A stretch of DNA of 64,000 nt from an uncultured bacterium. GTDB lineage: Bacteria; Patescibacteriota; Minisyncoccia; Phycocordibacterales; PALSA-1337. Below are positions 1 to 8,147 of this stretch, in pieces; the stretch's first letter is position 1, and every line of letters begins with the position of its first letter. Both the position numbers and the translations under genes were made by a program. The stretch covers positions 234,405 through 298,404 of the forward strand of contig OY969557.1 of NCBI GenBank assembly GCA_963701025.1, read 5' to 3'. The notes beneath the pieces are model-generated. The model made no database searches, was not told the DNA's origin, and worked only from the letters and a program-made list of their open reading frames with translations.

Positions 1-331
1 TGTAGGCTTCGATCTCGGTCGGCGTCGGGTCGCGGTTCTCCGGCGGGCGATCCTTGACGATGTTGGTGATATAGACTTGTTCGCGCTTGAGGCCGATGCC
101 TTCGATGAGCTCGGTCAGGAATTTTCCAGCCGCCCCGCAGAACGGCCGGCCCGTCTTGGCCTCATTCAGCCCCGGCGCTTCGCCCACGAACATGATCACG
201 GCGTCATGGCTGCCTTCCCCCACGACCGGATAATAACGATTGTTCGTCCGGTACTCGTAGAGCGGCGAAGCCGTGAAGGCGACCAGCTCGTCGCGGATGG
301 CTTTGAGGCGCTCGTGTTTGGACTGGTTCAT
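1..331 (-). CDS. Uracil-DNA glycosylase, family 4 (3' part runs off the window)
   Basis: Manual translation: MNQSKHERLK...VGEGSHDAVIMFVGEAPGLNEAKTGRPFCGAAGKFL...YITNIVKDRPPENRDP. The GEAPG, PFxGxAG and RPPxNR motifs are family-4 UDG signatures. Confidence 0.9.
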   Translation of the reverse strand, partial: MNQSKHERLKAIRDELVAFTASPLYEYRTNNRYYPVVGEGSHDAVIMFVGEAPGLNEAKTGRPFCGAAGKFLTELIEGIGLKREQVYITNIVKDRPPENRDPTPTEIEAY

Positions 332-335
332 GCCT

Positions 336-824
336 TTATTTTATAAGCGCCAGATTCCCATTCAGGATGATCGGCTGCATGGCCAAAATCTCCTCTTTGT
401 AGCCTACACTCTCGTCGATCGGATGAAGTATGTAAATCGGCTTTCCGAGATGAAGGCCTATGCCCATTTCCATGAGCACCGCTCCGCCGATATATCCCGG
501 TTTGCCGTTCTTCTCATAATTCAGGACGAGGACGGCGTCGCCTTTTGCCACCTTATCGAAATGATGCTTCGTCAGGAAAGTTTTCCGCCCATAGGTATTG
601 GCATCTCCGAACCATGTTTTATAGGTCTCCACGCGGAAATCTCCCGTCCTCTCCATCTTTCCGGCAGTGAGCGGTGTTGATACTTTGAATCCCATCTTTT
701 TCAATGCGTTCCTGATCTCGAGAACCTGCTTGTAGAACGAGGCGCTCGAACAGATGACGATCGTCTTGACTTCCGCTCTACTCGATCTTTTTTTGCGGTC
801 TGATTTTTTCCGCGCGGTTCTCAT
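336..824 (-). CDS. Nucleoside 2-deoxyribosyltransferase-like hypothetical protein
   Basis: IVICSSASF...DAVLVLNYEK..GYIGGAVLMEMG..LGKPIY pattern; similar to the adjacent ORF. Confidence 0.6.
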   Translation of the reverse strand: MRTARKKSDRKKRSSRAEVKTIVICSSASFYKQVLEIRNALKKMGFKVSTPLTAGKMERTGDFRVETYKTWFGDANTYGRKTFLTKHHFDKVAKGDAVLVLNYEKNGKPGYIGGAVLMEMGIGLHLGKPIYILHPIDESVGYKEEILAMQPIILNGNLALIK

Positions 825-1258
825 ATGTATTTCTTTATATTTTTCAGATCACCATGAAGACAAATCGGGTCCATGGATTCAATCTCATCAATGTATGAGG
901 AATCTTTCGGAAGGTCATATAGGAGGAACATTTTTTTATTGTTCACATATGATTGGCCCATTTCTATCAAAACATTACCGCCGACATAATTCTTTTTGCC
1001 ATTCTTCTCGGCATTTACGAAAAGGATAACGTCGCTTTCGAGTATGTGTTGATAATGGACCTTGAGATAATTATTCTCGCGCTTGACGGCAGCATGCTCT
1101 CCATTAAACGCCCGCTTGACTATATCCAATTTCTCTCCTCGAACGAAAGCTTCATAATCTGGATGTATCCAGCCACCATATCCGAGCTGACGGAGCTTTT
1201 CAGAACAAGCTACCATCTCTTTCATAAAGTGGCTACTGCCAAGAACGTATATTTTCAT
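821..1258 (-). CDS. Nucleoside 2-deoxyribosyltransferase-like hypothetical protein (paralog, AT-richer)
   Basis: IYVLGSSHF...SDVILFVNAEK..NYVGGNVLIEMG pattern; 4-bp overlap with the downstream paralog. Confidence 0.6.
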   Translation of the reverse strand: MKIYVLGSSHFMKEMVACSEKLRQLGYGGWIHPDYEAFVRGEKLDIVKRAFNGEHAAVKRENNYLKVHYQHILESDVILFVNAEKNGKKNYVGGNVLIEMGQSYVNNKKMFLLYDLPKDSSYIDEIESMDPICLHGDLKNIKKYI

Positions 1259-1260
1259 GG

Positions 1261-1657
1261 CTATTTCTTGATTAAAGTCTTCATATGTCTAAACAATTCT
1301 AGAAATTCCGGTGAATATACCATGGAAATGAATCTCTCTTTGTCGTCAAATCATGCCGAGCTTTCTTTTCGGCTACCGTCACATATTTCTGTTGCACATA
1401 GTTAAGATCAGAAGTCTTTCCTTCAGCAAGATCATGGAGCATGCACATCTTTATGACTTTTAGGACATCCACTCCTTTTTCCATGGAAGCCAGTGTATAG
1501 CCGATGATCGTCACACGATTGATGTGTTCTGCCACCGTTTGATTACCTGTACCAAGAAAATGAAAACCACTACAGGGGTTTTAGCCAAAACACCGCCTTC
1601 GTAGAGAAAATTCGCGATATTTTTTAGATCCCCATCTTTTTTTTTGACTTTAGCCAT
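1261..1657 (-). pseudogene. HD-domain phosphohydrolase (YfbR/HDDC2-like), frameshifted and truncated
   Basis: MAKVKKKDGDLKNIANFLYEGGVLAKTP, frameshift ~1575, then SGFHFLGTGNQTVAEHINRV...MLHDLAE. After ~1350 the sequence appears to switch to an unrelated tail (DDKERFISMVYSPEFLELFRHMKTLIKK*). Confidence 0.65.
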
Positions 1658-1675
1658 ATTATATAGATTATATCA

Positions 1676-2521
1676 TCACTTCGCCTGCTCGATGATCATC
1701 TGCGCTTCGGTAAGAGCCCGCTCCTTGGCTTCGCCTTTGACGCCGATCTGGTCGAGGATGGTCGGATTGCCGATGATGTCGAGACAGACCATTGTTTCTC
1801 GGCCGATGAGATCTTTCTTCTGGTCGCGCGTGAGTGAAGCCATGGTCGTTATGGGGTGCAAGCCGTTCTGCTCGATGACATCGTGAAGATTGCCCTTGGT
1901 CGGATAGTTCCAACCGACCAGTTTGAGACCTTTGCATTCGCCATATTTGATCGCCTGATCGCTGAACTTGGTATTGGTCACCAGCCAGAACTCGTCGATC
2001 TTCCGCTTGACGCCGTTGTAGTCATACATGATGCCGCCCACGTCTTCCCTGCGAGCCTGGATATAAAGAGTCACTTTGCTGTCTGATTTCAAACCGAACT
2101 CATTGTGATATTTCGCCTCGACGAAGACGAGCTTGTCTTTCTTCCACGCCACCACGTCTATCTCATGCGGTATGCACGAACCCATGACTGTCTGGTCGGT
2201 CTTGGCCTCGAATCCCCAGAAGCGGAATATACGCGCCACGAAACGCTCGAATGGAAAACCGTCCGGCCCAAGTTCCATGATGGCCCGACGGATGGAATAT
2301 TTAACGGCTGTCGGGTGATGATGCCTTTTCAGAAGATCGAACGCGCGATGGTATATATCCGTCGTGGTCATGCCATCTTTCATGTCGCGTTCGACTTCAG
2401 TTGTGATCTCGCTTATGACCGTAGTCGGAGCGCCGACTTTTCGCAATGAAGCCTTGAGCTTATCTTCTTGGAACGGCTCACGCGTGCCGTCTGATTTGGT
2501 GATGATGAGCGAGCTGTTCAT
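1676..2521 (-). CDS. ATP-cone + Mrr-like PD-(D/E)xK endonuclease domain protein
   Basis: N-terminal IITKSDGTREPFQEDKLKASL (ATP cone); FERFVARIF...EIDVVA...VEAKYH (nuclease motif). Confidence 0.8.
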   Translation of the reverse strand: MNSSLIITKSDGTREPFQEDKLKASLRKVGAPTTVISEITTEVERDMKDGMTTTDIYHRAFDLLKRHHHPTAVKYSIRRAIMELGPDGFPFERFVARIFRFWGFEAKTDQTVMGSCIPHEIDVVAWKKDKLVFVEAKYHNEFGLKSDSKVTLYIQARREDVGGIMYDYNGVKRKIDEFWLVTNTKFSDQAIKYGECKGLKLVGWNYPTKGNLHDVIEQNGLHPITTMASLTRDQKKDLIGRETMVCLDIIGNPTILDQIGVKGEAKERALTEAQMIIEQAK

Positions 2522-2555
2522 GGGATAAATTGTAGCACAAAAAGAACCAAACTTT

Positions 2556-3677
2556 TTACTCGATCACACCGCCACCTAAGCATTCTTCCCCATTGTATAT
2601 AACCAATGATTGGCCCGGAGTTAGTGTGTCTTGTGACTGATCGAATTCAATCGTCACTTGAATACTTTCTTCTCGATTGCCTCCGGTAGACACTCCTTTA
2701 ATAGACACCACTTTAGTTGACTGAAGTGCCTGCCGATAACGGCTCCTCGCCTGGAGCGGCCGACCGATTTCCGGTACACCGGATATCCAATTAACTCTCG
2801 AAATGCGCACTGTCTTCACAGCACCAGCAAGAATACCGCGAGAATCTTTATTCGACACTGTTACCGTATTTGCTCCCATATTTTTGGCGACGACATAATA
2901 CGCTTTATCTCCCGGCGTCTTATGAGCCTGGTCGATCTCAAAGCCGTGCCGTTCGCCTATGGTAAAGAAAAGCGTGCCGGGATGCGTACCGACGATGGCA
3001 CCTGCGTCATCCAAAACCTTACCTAGCTTGGCTGCCGGATTCCCTTCCGTATAGTGCGCCAGGAATTCCTTCACATCGACTTTGCCGATGAAGCAGAGGC
3101 CTTGACTGTCTTTCTTATCAGCATTCGGCAGTTTGAACTTCTGCGCCAACGCGCGTACCTCCGGCTTTGTCAGATCGCCGACGGGAAACATGACATGAGC
3201 AAGATCGTCCTGGGTCAAAGTCCAAAGAAAATATGACTGGTCTTTATTGTCATCCACGCCCTTGAAAAGCCTCCATACTCCTTTCTCCCTGCTTCTTGTT
3301 TCTTTGACCCGCGCATAATGCCCCGTGGCTATGCAGTCCGCGCCGCTCTCCTTCGCCCATTCCCCAAAAGCCCCGAACTTCACTTCCCTGTTGCACATGA
3401 CGTCGGGATTGGGCGTCCGGCCGGCGGCGTATTCGGCTATCATGTAGTCGATGACGCCTTCTTTATATTCCTTCTCGAGGTCGAGTGTGACGAACGGGAT
3501 ATCGAGATGGGCGGCCGCGCGCATGGCCTCGATCCGCTCTTCGCGCCAATTGCATTCTATCCAATCTGGCTGCCAGACCTTGATGAAAACACCGGTCACG
3601 TCATGGCCGGCGTGCTTCAAAACAGCCGCAGAGACCGATGAGTCCACACCTCCTGACATGCCGACGAAGATTTTCAT
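2556..3677 (-). CDS. mnmA: tRNA-specific 2-thiouridylase MnmA
   Basis: GMSGGVDSS, TPNPDVMCN, ATGHYAR, KDQSYFL, KKDSQGLCF and TPGQ motifs. Confidence 0.97.
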   Translation of the reverse strand: MKIFVGMSGGVDSSVSAAVLKHAGHDVTGVFIKVWQPDWIECNWREERIEAMRAAAHLDIPFVTLDLEKEYKEGVIDYMIAEYAAGRTPNPDVMCNREVKFGAFGEWAKESGADCIATGHYARVKETRSREKGVWRLFKGVDDNKDQSYFLWTLTQDDLAHVMFPVGDLTKPEVRALAQKFKLPNADKKDSQGLCFIGKVDVKEFLAHYTEGNPAAKLGKVLDDAGAIVGTHPGTLFFTIGERHGFEIDQAHKTPGDKAYYVVAKNMGANTVTVSNKDSRGILAGAVKTVRISRVNWISGVPEIGRPLQARSRYRQALQSTKVVSIKGVSTGGNREESIQVTIEFDQSQDTLTPGQSLVIYNGEECLGGGVIE

Positions 3678-3713
3678 TGCCTTTTAATCCAGATGTCTTA
3701 ATTTCCGGATATT

Positions 3714-4703
3714 CTAATTCAAATATTTAGCGATATTGGCGTTATGTCCGTCCAATGTCGCGGCATAATGCATGACGCCGTCCTTGTCGGATATATAAAA
3801 CCAATAGGGCGTCGCCGTCGGCGTGACAGTGTCGATGATTGCATCGAGACCGGGATCGTCTATCGGTGTTGGCGGCAGACCGACGCGCCTATAGGTATCT
3901 GGTGCCGGATCGACCTCGAGCGGTATGCCGGCGGCGAGGCGCTTCCAGAGAATACCGGCGATGACCCGCCGATCGGCGGTCGAAGTGGCTTCTTTTTCAA
4001 CGATGGAAGCCATAGTGATGATATCAGCGCGCGATATGATATCAGTGCGAGAAATGGTGCTGGTTCGCTGGCCTCCAATACTCGACGAGGTCATACTCGA
4101 CGAAGCAATGAAAGCGTCGATAGGCGCGGCGATGCCGGCGATACGCTCGTCGAAATCTGCGCGCATCTCGTCTATAGCCTGTTGCGGAGTCGTATCCATG
4201 TAGAAGAAATAAGTGTCGGGAAATAGATACCCTTCATCCGCTTTGGCCAGCGAAAGGAAAGTCGTCGAAGCGAAGCCGGAGATGTTAGCGCTCATGATCC
4301 TGGTTATGTCTCTCGAATCGGAGCCTTCCGGTACGGTGACTTTGATCTTCGACAAACCCTCGATGCCGTAAGCAGTGCGGTAGGCCACGCGGAGAGCCGA
4401 TTGAGGCGCGTCGAAGAGATACTCGCCGGCTTGGATGCGGTGGTCTGACCGCGCAAGAACGACATAGGCTTTATACATGAATGCCGACTTGATGATGCCT
4501 TGCGCGGCCAGTTCGTCGGCGATACCTGATAGGCTCGAGTTTTTCGGTATGGAAATGATCGCGCCAGCGGGAAAACCTGCCGGCGGGAGCGAACCAGCGA
4601 GGACGATGCTTGCGCAACCGACGACAAGTATCATCAACGGGATTATGAAGCGTCGAATTCTCACACTTTTCCTATTCGTGTTATCCGTATCATTTGCATC
4701 CAT
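3714..4703 (-). CDS. mltG: Endolytic transglycosylase MltG (YceG)
   Basis: N-terminal TM helix; VTVPEG, EGYLFPDTY, MASIVEKE, GLPPTPI motifs. Confidence 0.9.
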   Translation of the reverse strand: MDANDTDNTNRKSVRIRRFIIPLMILVVGCASIVLAGSLPPAGFPAGAIISIPKNSSLSGIADELAAQGIIKSAFMYKAYVVLARSDHRIQAGEYLFDAPQSALRVAYRTAYGIEGLSKIKVTVPEGSDSRDITRIMSANISGFASTTFLSLAKADEGYLFPDTYFFYMDTTPQQAIDEMRADFDERIAGIAAPIDAFIASSSMTSSSIGGQRTSTISRTDIISRADIITMASIVEKEATSTADRRVIAGILWKRLAAGIPLEVDPAPDTYRRVGLPPTPIDDPGLDAIIDTVTPTATPYWFYISDKDGVMHYAATLDGHNANIAKYLN

Positions 4704-4731
4704 TCGTATATTCGTATTATATCTGTTCGTA

Positions 4732-5955
4732 TTACGTCGGCAGATTGGACGGCGCCTCGGCCTTCTTCGACGGCACGCGCGTCAGAGTCGGCGTGGCGGC
4801 CACGTTTCCTGGGAAATGAAAGATCGTAGCCAACTCTTCGGTGTTCAGAACGAACGGCTTATGGGAAAAGGGCGCGTAGAAATACGACCGGCGTTTGTAG
4901 GCCATGAGAGCCCTAACGGAATTATAATTCTTCCGCGCGTTGCTATAATCCTGCCACGGATAATCGAACTTCTCGTGCCATATCAGGCCGTTCGGCTTGA
5001 GTCCGTTTAAATGCTCGGTCGAGAACTGCTTCCAACAGCTGATCATGCCGCCCTTGCCGGTAGGATTGAAAAAGCCTTTTTCCGCCATGTATATACAGCG
5101 GATGCCGACGTCAAAGGCCTGTTTGGTTATGCTCCTCGCCAGGGCCGCCAAGAGATCCTTGTCCGCGTCGGAGAGCATGGGCATCTTCGAATAGCCGGTC
5201 TCTGGGTTCACTTCCGCCAGCTTGGTCTTGGCGTCGCGCATCATGATCTTGTTGATCAGGTCTTCCGCCTCGTCTTTCCAGGCGTCGGTCTTCTTCCACA
5301 GATGGCCATGTTTGCGCTGCTCTTTTTTGTGGGCGCGGATCATGATCTGTATCCAGGCCTGCTGATTCGGCCCGAGACTGCCCAGATATTCGAGCAGGGG
5401 CACGAGCGGATCGACTTTGAACTCCTCCTTCGGATCCTTGTCTAGGCCATAATCCATGTAGGTCTTTATAGGATAGGCGTCCTCCTTGGTCAGCTGGAGC
5501 TCAAAAGCTTCCAGTTCGAGCTTTGCCGGATCGAAGTGGACGCTCAAGGAATAATCTTCGCTCTCGTGTATCTCTATGCCGGGGAATTGAGCGTATAGGC
5601 TCGACTCGGTGAATATCCGGCTGCCCGCGCGCATCCAGATGTAGAATTTCACTTGGCCCTCGACTGATATCATCTCCAAAGAGAACCATACCCTCGTCTT
5701 GCCCAGCCAATATCTCGCGTACCACGTGCCTTCGCCGCTCGTCTGGTGGAGAGAGGTCAGGAATAGCTCCATGGCCAATGGCGACTTGAACATCTCCTTG
5801 GGCAGGCGTATCTCGAGTAGGACATACTTTTGAGCCATGAAAAATTTGGCCCGGATATAGCGCACCCACAGGTGCCAAAAGATATAGCCGAGGATGCAGA
5901 CCAGGACGACGGGCGACAGCAGGGCGAAATATTGTATTGCTCCCGACGGATACAT
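4732..5955 (-). CDS. Conserved membrane-anchored hypothetical protein (CPR-type)
   Basis: 407-aa ORF with an N-terminal TM helix; LLEIRLPKE, FSLEMIS, YAQFP, LNTEELATIFHFP and APSNLP segments recalled from a widespread Parcubacteria family. Confidence 0.7.
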   Translation of the reverse strand: MYPSGAIQYFALLSPVVLVCILGYIFWHLWVRYIRAKFFMAQKYVLLEIRLPKEMFKSPLAMELFLTSLHQTSGEGTWYARYWLGKTRVWFSLEMISVEGQVKFYIWMRAGSRIFTESSLYAQFPGIEIHESEDYSLSVHFDPAKLELEAFELQLTKEDAYPIKTYMDYGLDKDPKEEFKVDPLVPLLEYLGSLGPNQQAWIQIMIRAHKKEQRKHGHLWKKTDAWKDEAEDLINKIMMRDAKTKLAEVNPETGYSKMPMLSDADKDLLAALARSITKQAFDVGIRCIYMAEKGFFNPTGKGGMISCWKQFSTEHLNGLKPNGLIWHEKFDYPWQDYSNARKNYNSVRALMAYKRRSYFYAPFSHKPFVLNTEELATIFHFPGNVAATPTLTRVPSKKAEAPSNLPT

Positions 5956-5962
5956 GCGGAAA

Positions 5963-7000
5963 TTATACCACAGGGGTATATTTGCCGTCTTTGTCGTGCT
6001 TGAAATACTTTGGGTTCTGGAGATTGACGACGATGGTGTTCTCTTTGACGTAGCGCTCTTTGAGCACCTTGTCGACGATCTCTTCCTTGGTCAAAGGGCC
6101 GCTCTTCTCGAGGACGGCGCGGATGACGTCGCGGACGACGCCGGGGACATATCCCCATTCGGCCAGAGCGTAAAGGCCACGGCCTACCAGGACGAAGCGC
6201 TTGTCTTTGATGAGCTCGTTGTGGGTTGTGGCCACGTGGGCCTTCTTGTTGAACATGAGTGTGATCTGTTTGGCCACGTCGCGGAAATGAATGGGCGAGC
6301 CATGCTTGCGGATGACCAGAAAGGCGTAGTCGCGCACGCCTTTGGTCTTGATGTTGGACGAATGCGCCACGCCCCAGTCGCCGAGGGCGTTCTTGCCGAT
6401 CAGTTTCGAGAGGTTGAGCCAGCGCCTGACCACTTCCTGATTTTTATATTTCTCGGAGACGTCTTCGAGGTGCTGGAGGAACTTGTTGACCATCTCGGAT
6501 TCCGGCAGAAGGTCCTGGTTGTTCAAATTGGTGTAGAGCTTGCGCAGGGCGTCTTCCACCTTCTTGGCCAGCTCTTCGTTGACGTGGAGACGGCGTCGGA
6601 AGTCATCGTCTTCTTTGACTTTCTTGAACGGCTCGCCGATAACCAGAAGGAAATACATGTGGTTCTGCAGGCTCGCGTCTTTGGATATATGACCTAGGAA
6701 ATCGTCCTCCACCACGATGCCGCCCAGTGAATGCAGGAGCGTCTCCATTTCGGCGAAGACGGCTTTCTCCTGCTTGTATTCGTCCGACTTGCGGATGTTG
6801 CCGATGCCGTAGTTCTCGATCTGGCGCACGCGTTCACGGGTGATGCCGTATTTCTTGCCGATGGCGTCCAGAGTCATGCGCTTCACGTCCTTGCCCAATC
6901 CGTAGCGGAATATGAGCACTTCACGAGCGCGGTCCGGTAGCGACGACAGGAGCTTCTTGACGACGGTCTTGGGCTTGAAAGTGATGTGTGACGTGGCCAT
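5963..7000 (-). CDS. Sigma-70 region 4 HTH + HARE-HTH-like DNA-binding protein
   Basis: REVLIFRYGL...TLDAIGKKYGITRERVRQIE (sigma region 4); C-terminal HNELIKDKRFVLVGRGLYALAEWG. Confidence 0.8.
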   Translation of the reverse strand: MATSHITFKPKTVVKKLLSSLPDRAREVLIFRYGLGKDVKRMTLDAIGKKYGITRERVRQIENYGIGNIRKSDEYKQEKAVFAEMETLLHSLGGIVVEDDFLGHISKDASLQNHMYFLLVIGEPFKKVKEDDDFRRRLHVNEELAKKVEDALRKLYTNLNNQDLLPESEMVNKFLQHLEDVSEKYKNQEVVRRWLNLSKLIGKNALGDWGVAHSSNIKTKGVRDYAFLVIRKHGSPIHFRDVAKQITLMFNKKAHVATTHNELIKDKRFVLVGRGLYALAEWGYVPGVVRDVIRAVLEKSGPLTKEEIVDKVLKERYVKENTIVVNLQNPKYFKHDKDGKYTPVV

Positions 7001-7081
7001 GAGAGTTGATTGATAATACCTTTATTTGGATATAGTGTCTACTGTTTTATCACCTATGGGAAAATAAGTCAAGGATGTGGT

Positions 7082-8144
7082 GGTAAATTCTAACCTGAAA
7101 CGCAACACCCCCGTGGTACTGTAGCGGTATACCATTACCAGCTAAATTACACACGAGGATGTCGCACAAACAATTTAACAGAGATACTAGAGTAGAGCTA
7201 GCGATACTTTTAAGTGCAAGAAAGAGCCAGACTGAATGCGCCAGGATACTTGGCATGCAGAGAAGCAATGTCTGTCTTGAAATCAGTCGAAACAAAGATC
7301 CTGATGGTATATATCGAGGTGGTCATGCGCACAAAAGATATCTGGCAAGAAGAAGACGTGTAAAAATACTAGAGAGAAAGATCGAAAACGACAGGAAACT
7401 ACGGCGTCACATCGTCCGCAAATTGAAGCGATTATGGTCACCCGAACAAATTGCAGGAAGACTGAAAATGATGACCGGAAGAACGATTGTATGTCACGAA
7501 ACGATCTACACTTTTGTGTACGAGAAAAGACCGGACCTTGTAAAGTATCTGCGGCATCAGAAGTGCAAGTACCGGAAGAAAAGAGGTTCAAAAGCCCGTA
7601 TGGAGCTTGCTAGAGCCATGAAAGTGAGAAGGATCGAGGAAAGACCAAAGGAAGTGGACGAACGCTCACGCCTCGGAGATTGGGAAGATGATACTGTCAT
7701 CGGCAAGGAAAGAGTTCAAAGGATCTGGAGCTGTGTTGAAAGAAAGAGCGGATACGCCATGGCCGAGAAACTTGAGGTGGTGAGCGCAGAGATCATCAAC
7801 AAAAAAGCAGTGTCTCGATTCGTAGCGTTGCCAAAATATTTACGAAGGACTCTAACCAGAGACAACGGAACTGAGGTCAGCGGATATGACAGTTTACTTG
7901 AAGAGAAAACCGGACTCGATGTATATCATGCGACCGCGTACCATTCGTGGGAGCGAGGGACAAATGAAAACTGGAATGGATTGCTCAGGCAATTCTTTCC
8001 TAAAGGCACTTACTTTGCTACCATTACCCCATACCAAGTTCAACGTGCAGTACGAATGTTGAATGACCGGCCGAGAAAGCGGCTGGGCTACAGAACACCA
8101 AGGGAGGTATTCAGAGGGTGTATTGATTCAGATTAGAACTTGAG
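7082..8144 (+). mobile_element. IS30-family insertion sequence, copy 1 (1063 bp)
   Basis: Imperfect terminal IRs GGTAAATTCTAACCTGAAACGCAACACCC / CTCAAGTTCTAATCTGAATCAATACACCC; flanked by a GGT direct repeat (7079-81, 8145-47); ends defined by identity with copy 2. Confidence 0.93.
7159..8136 (+). CDS. IS30-family transposase
   Basis: WSPEQIAGRL, ETIY, GDWEDDTVIG, TRDNGTE, WERGTNENWNGLLRQFFPKG and RPRKRLGYRTP motifs. Confidence 0.96.
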   Translation: MSHKQFNRDTRVELAILLSARKSQTECARILGMQRSNVCLEISRNKDPDGIYRGGHAHKRYLARRRRVKILERKIENDRKLRRHIVRKLKRLWSPEQIAGRLKMMTGRTIVCHETIYTFVYEKRPDLVKYLRHQKCKYRKKRGSKARMELARAMKVRRIEERPKEVDERSRLGDWEDDTVIGKERVQRIWSCVERKSGYAMAEKLEVVSAEIINKKAVSRFVALPKYLRRTLTRDNGTEVSGYDSLLEEKTGLDVYHATAYHSWERGTNENWNGLLRQFFPKGTYFATITPYQVQRAVRMLNDRPRKRLGYRTPREVFRGCIDSD

Positions 8145-8147
8145 GGT

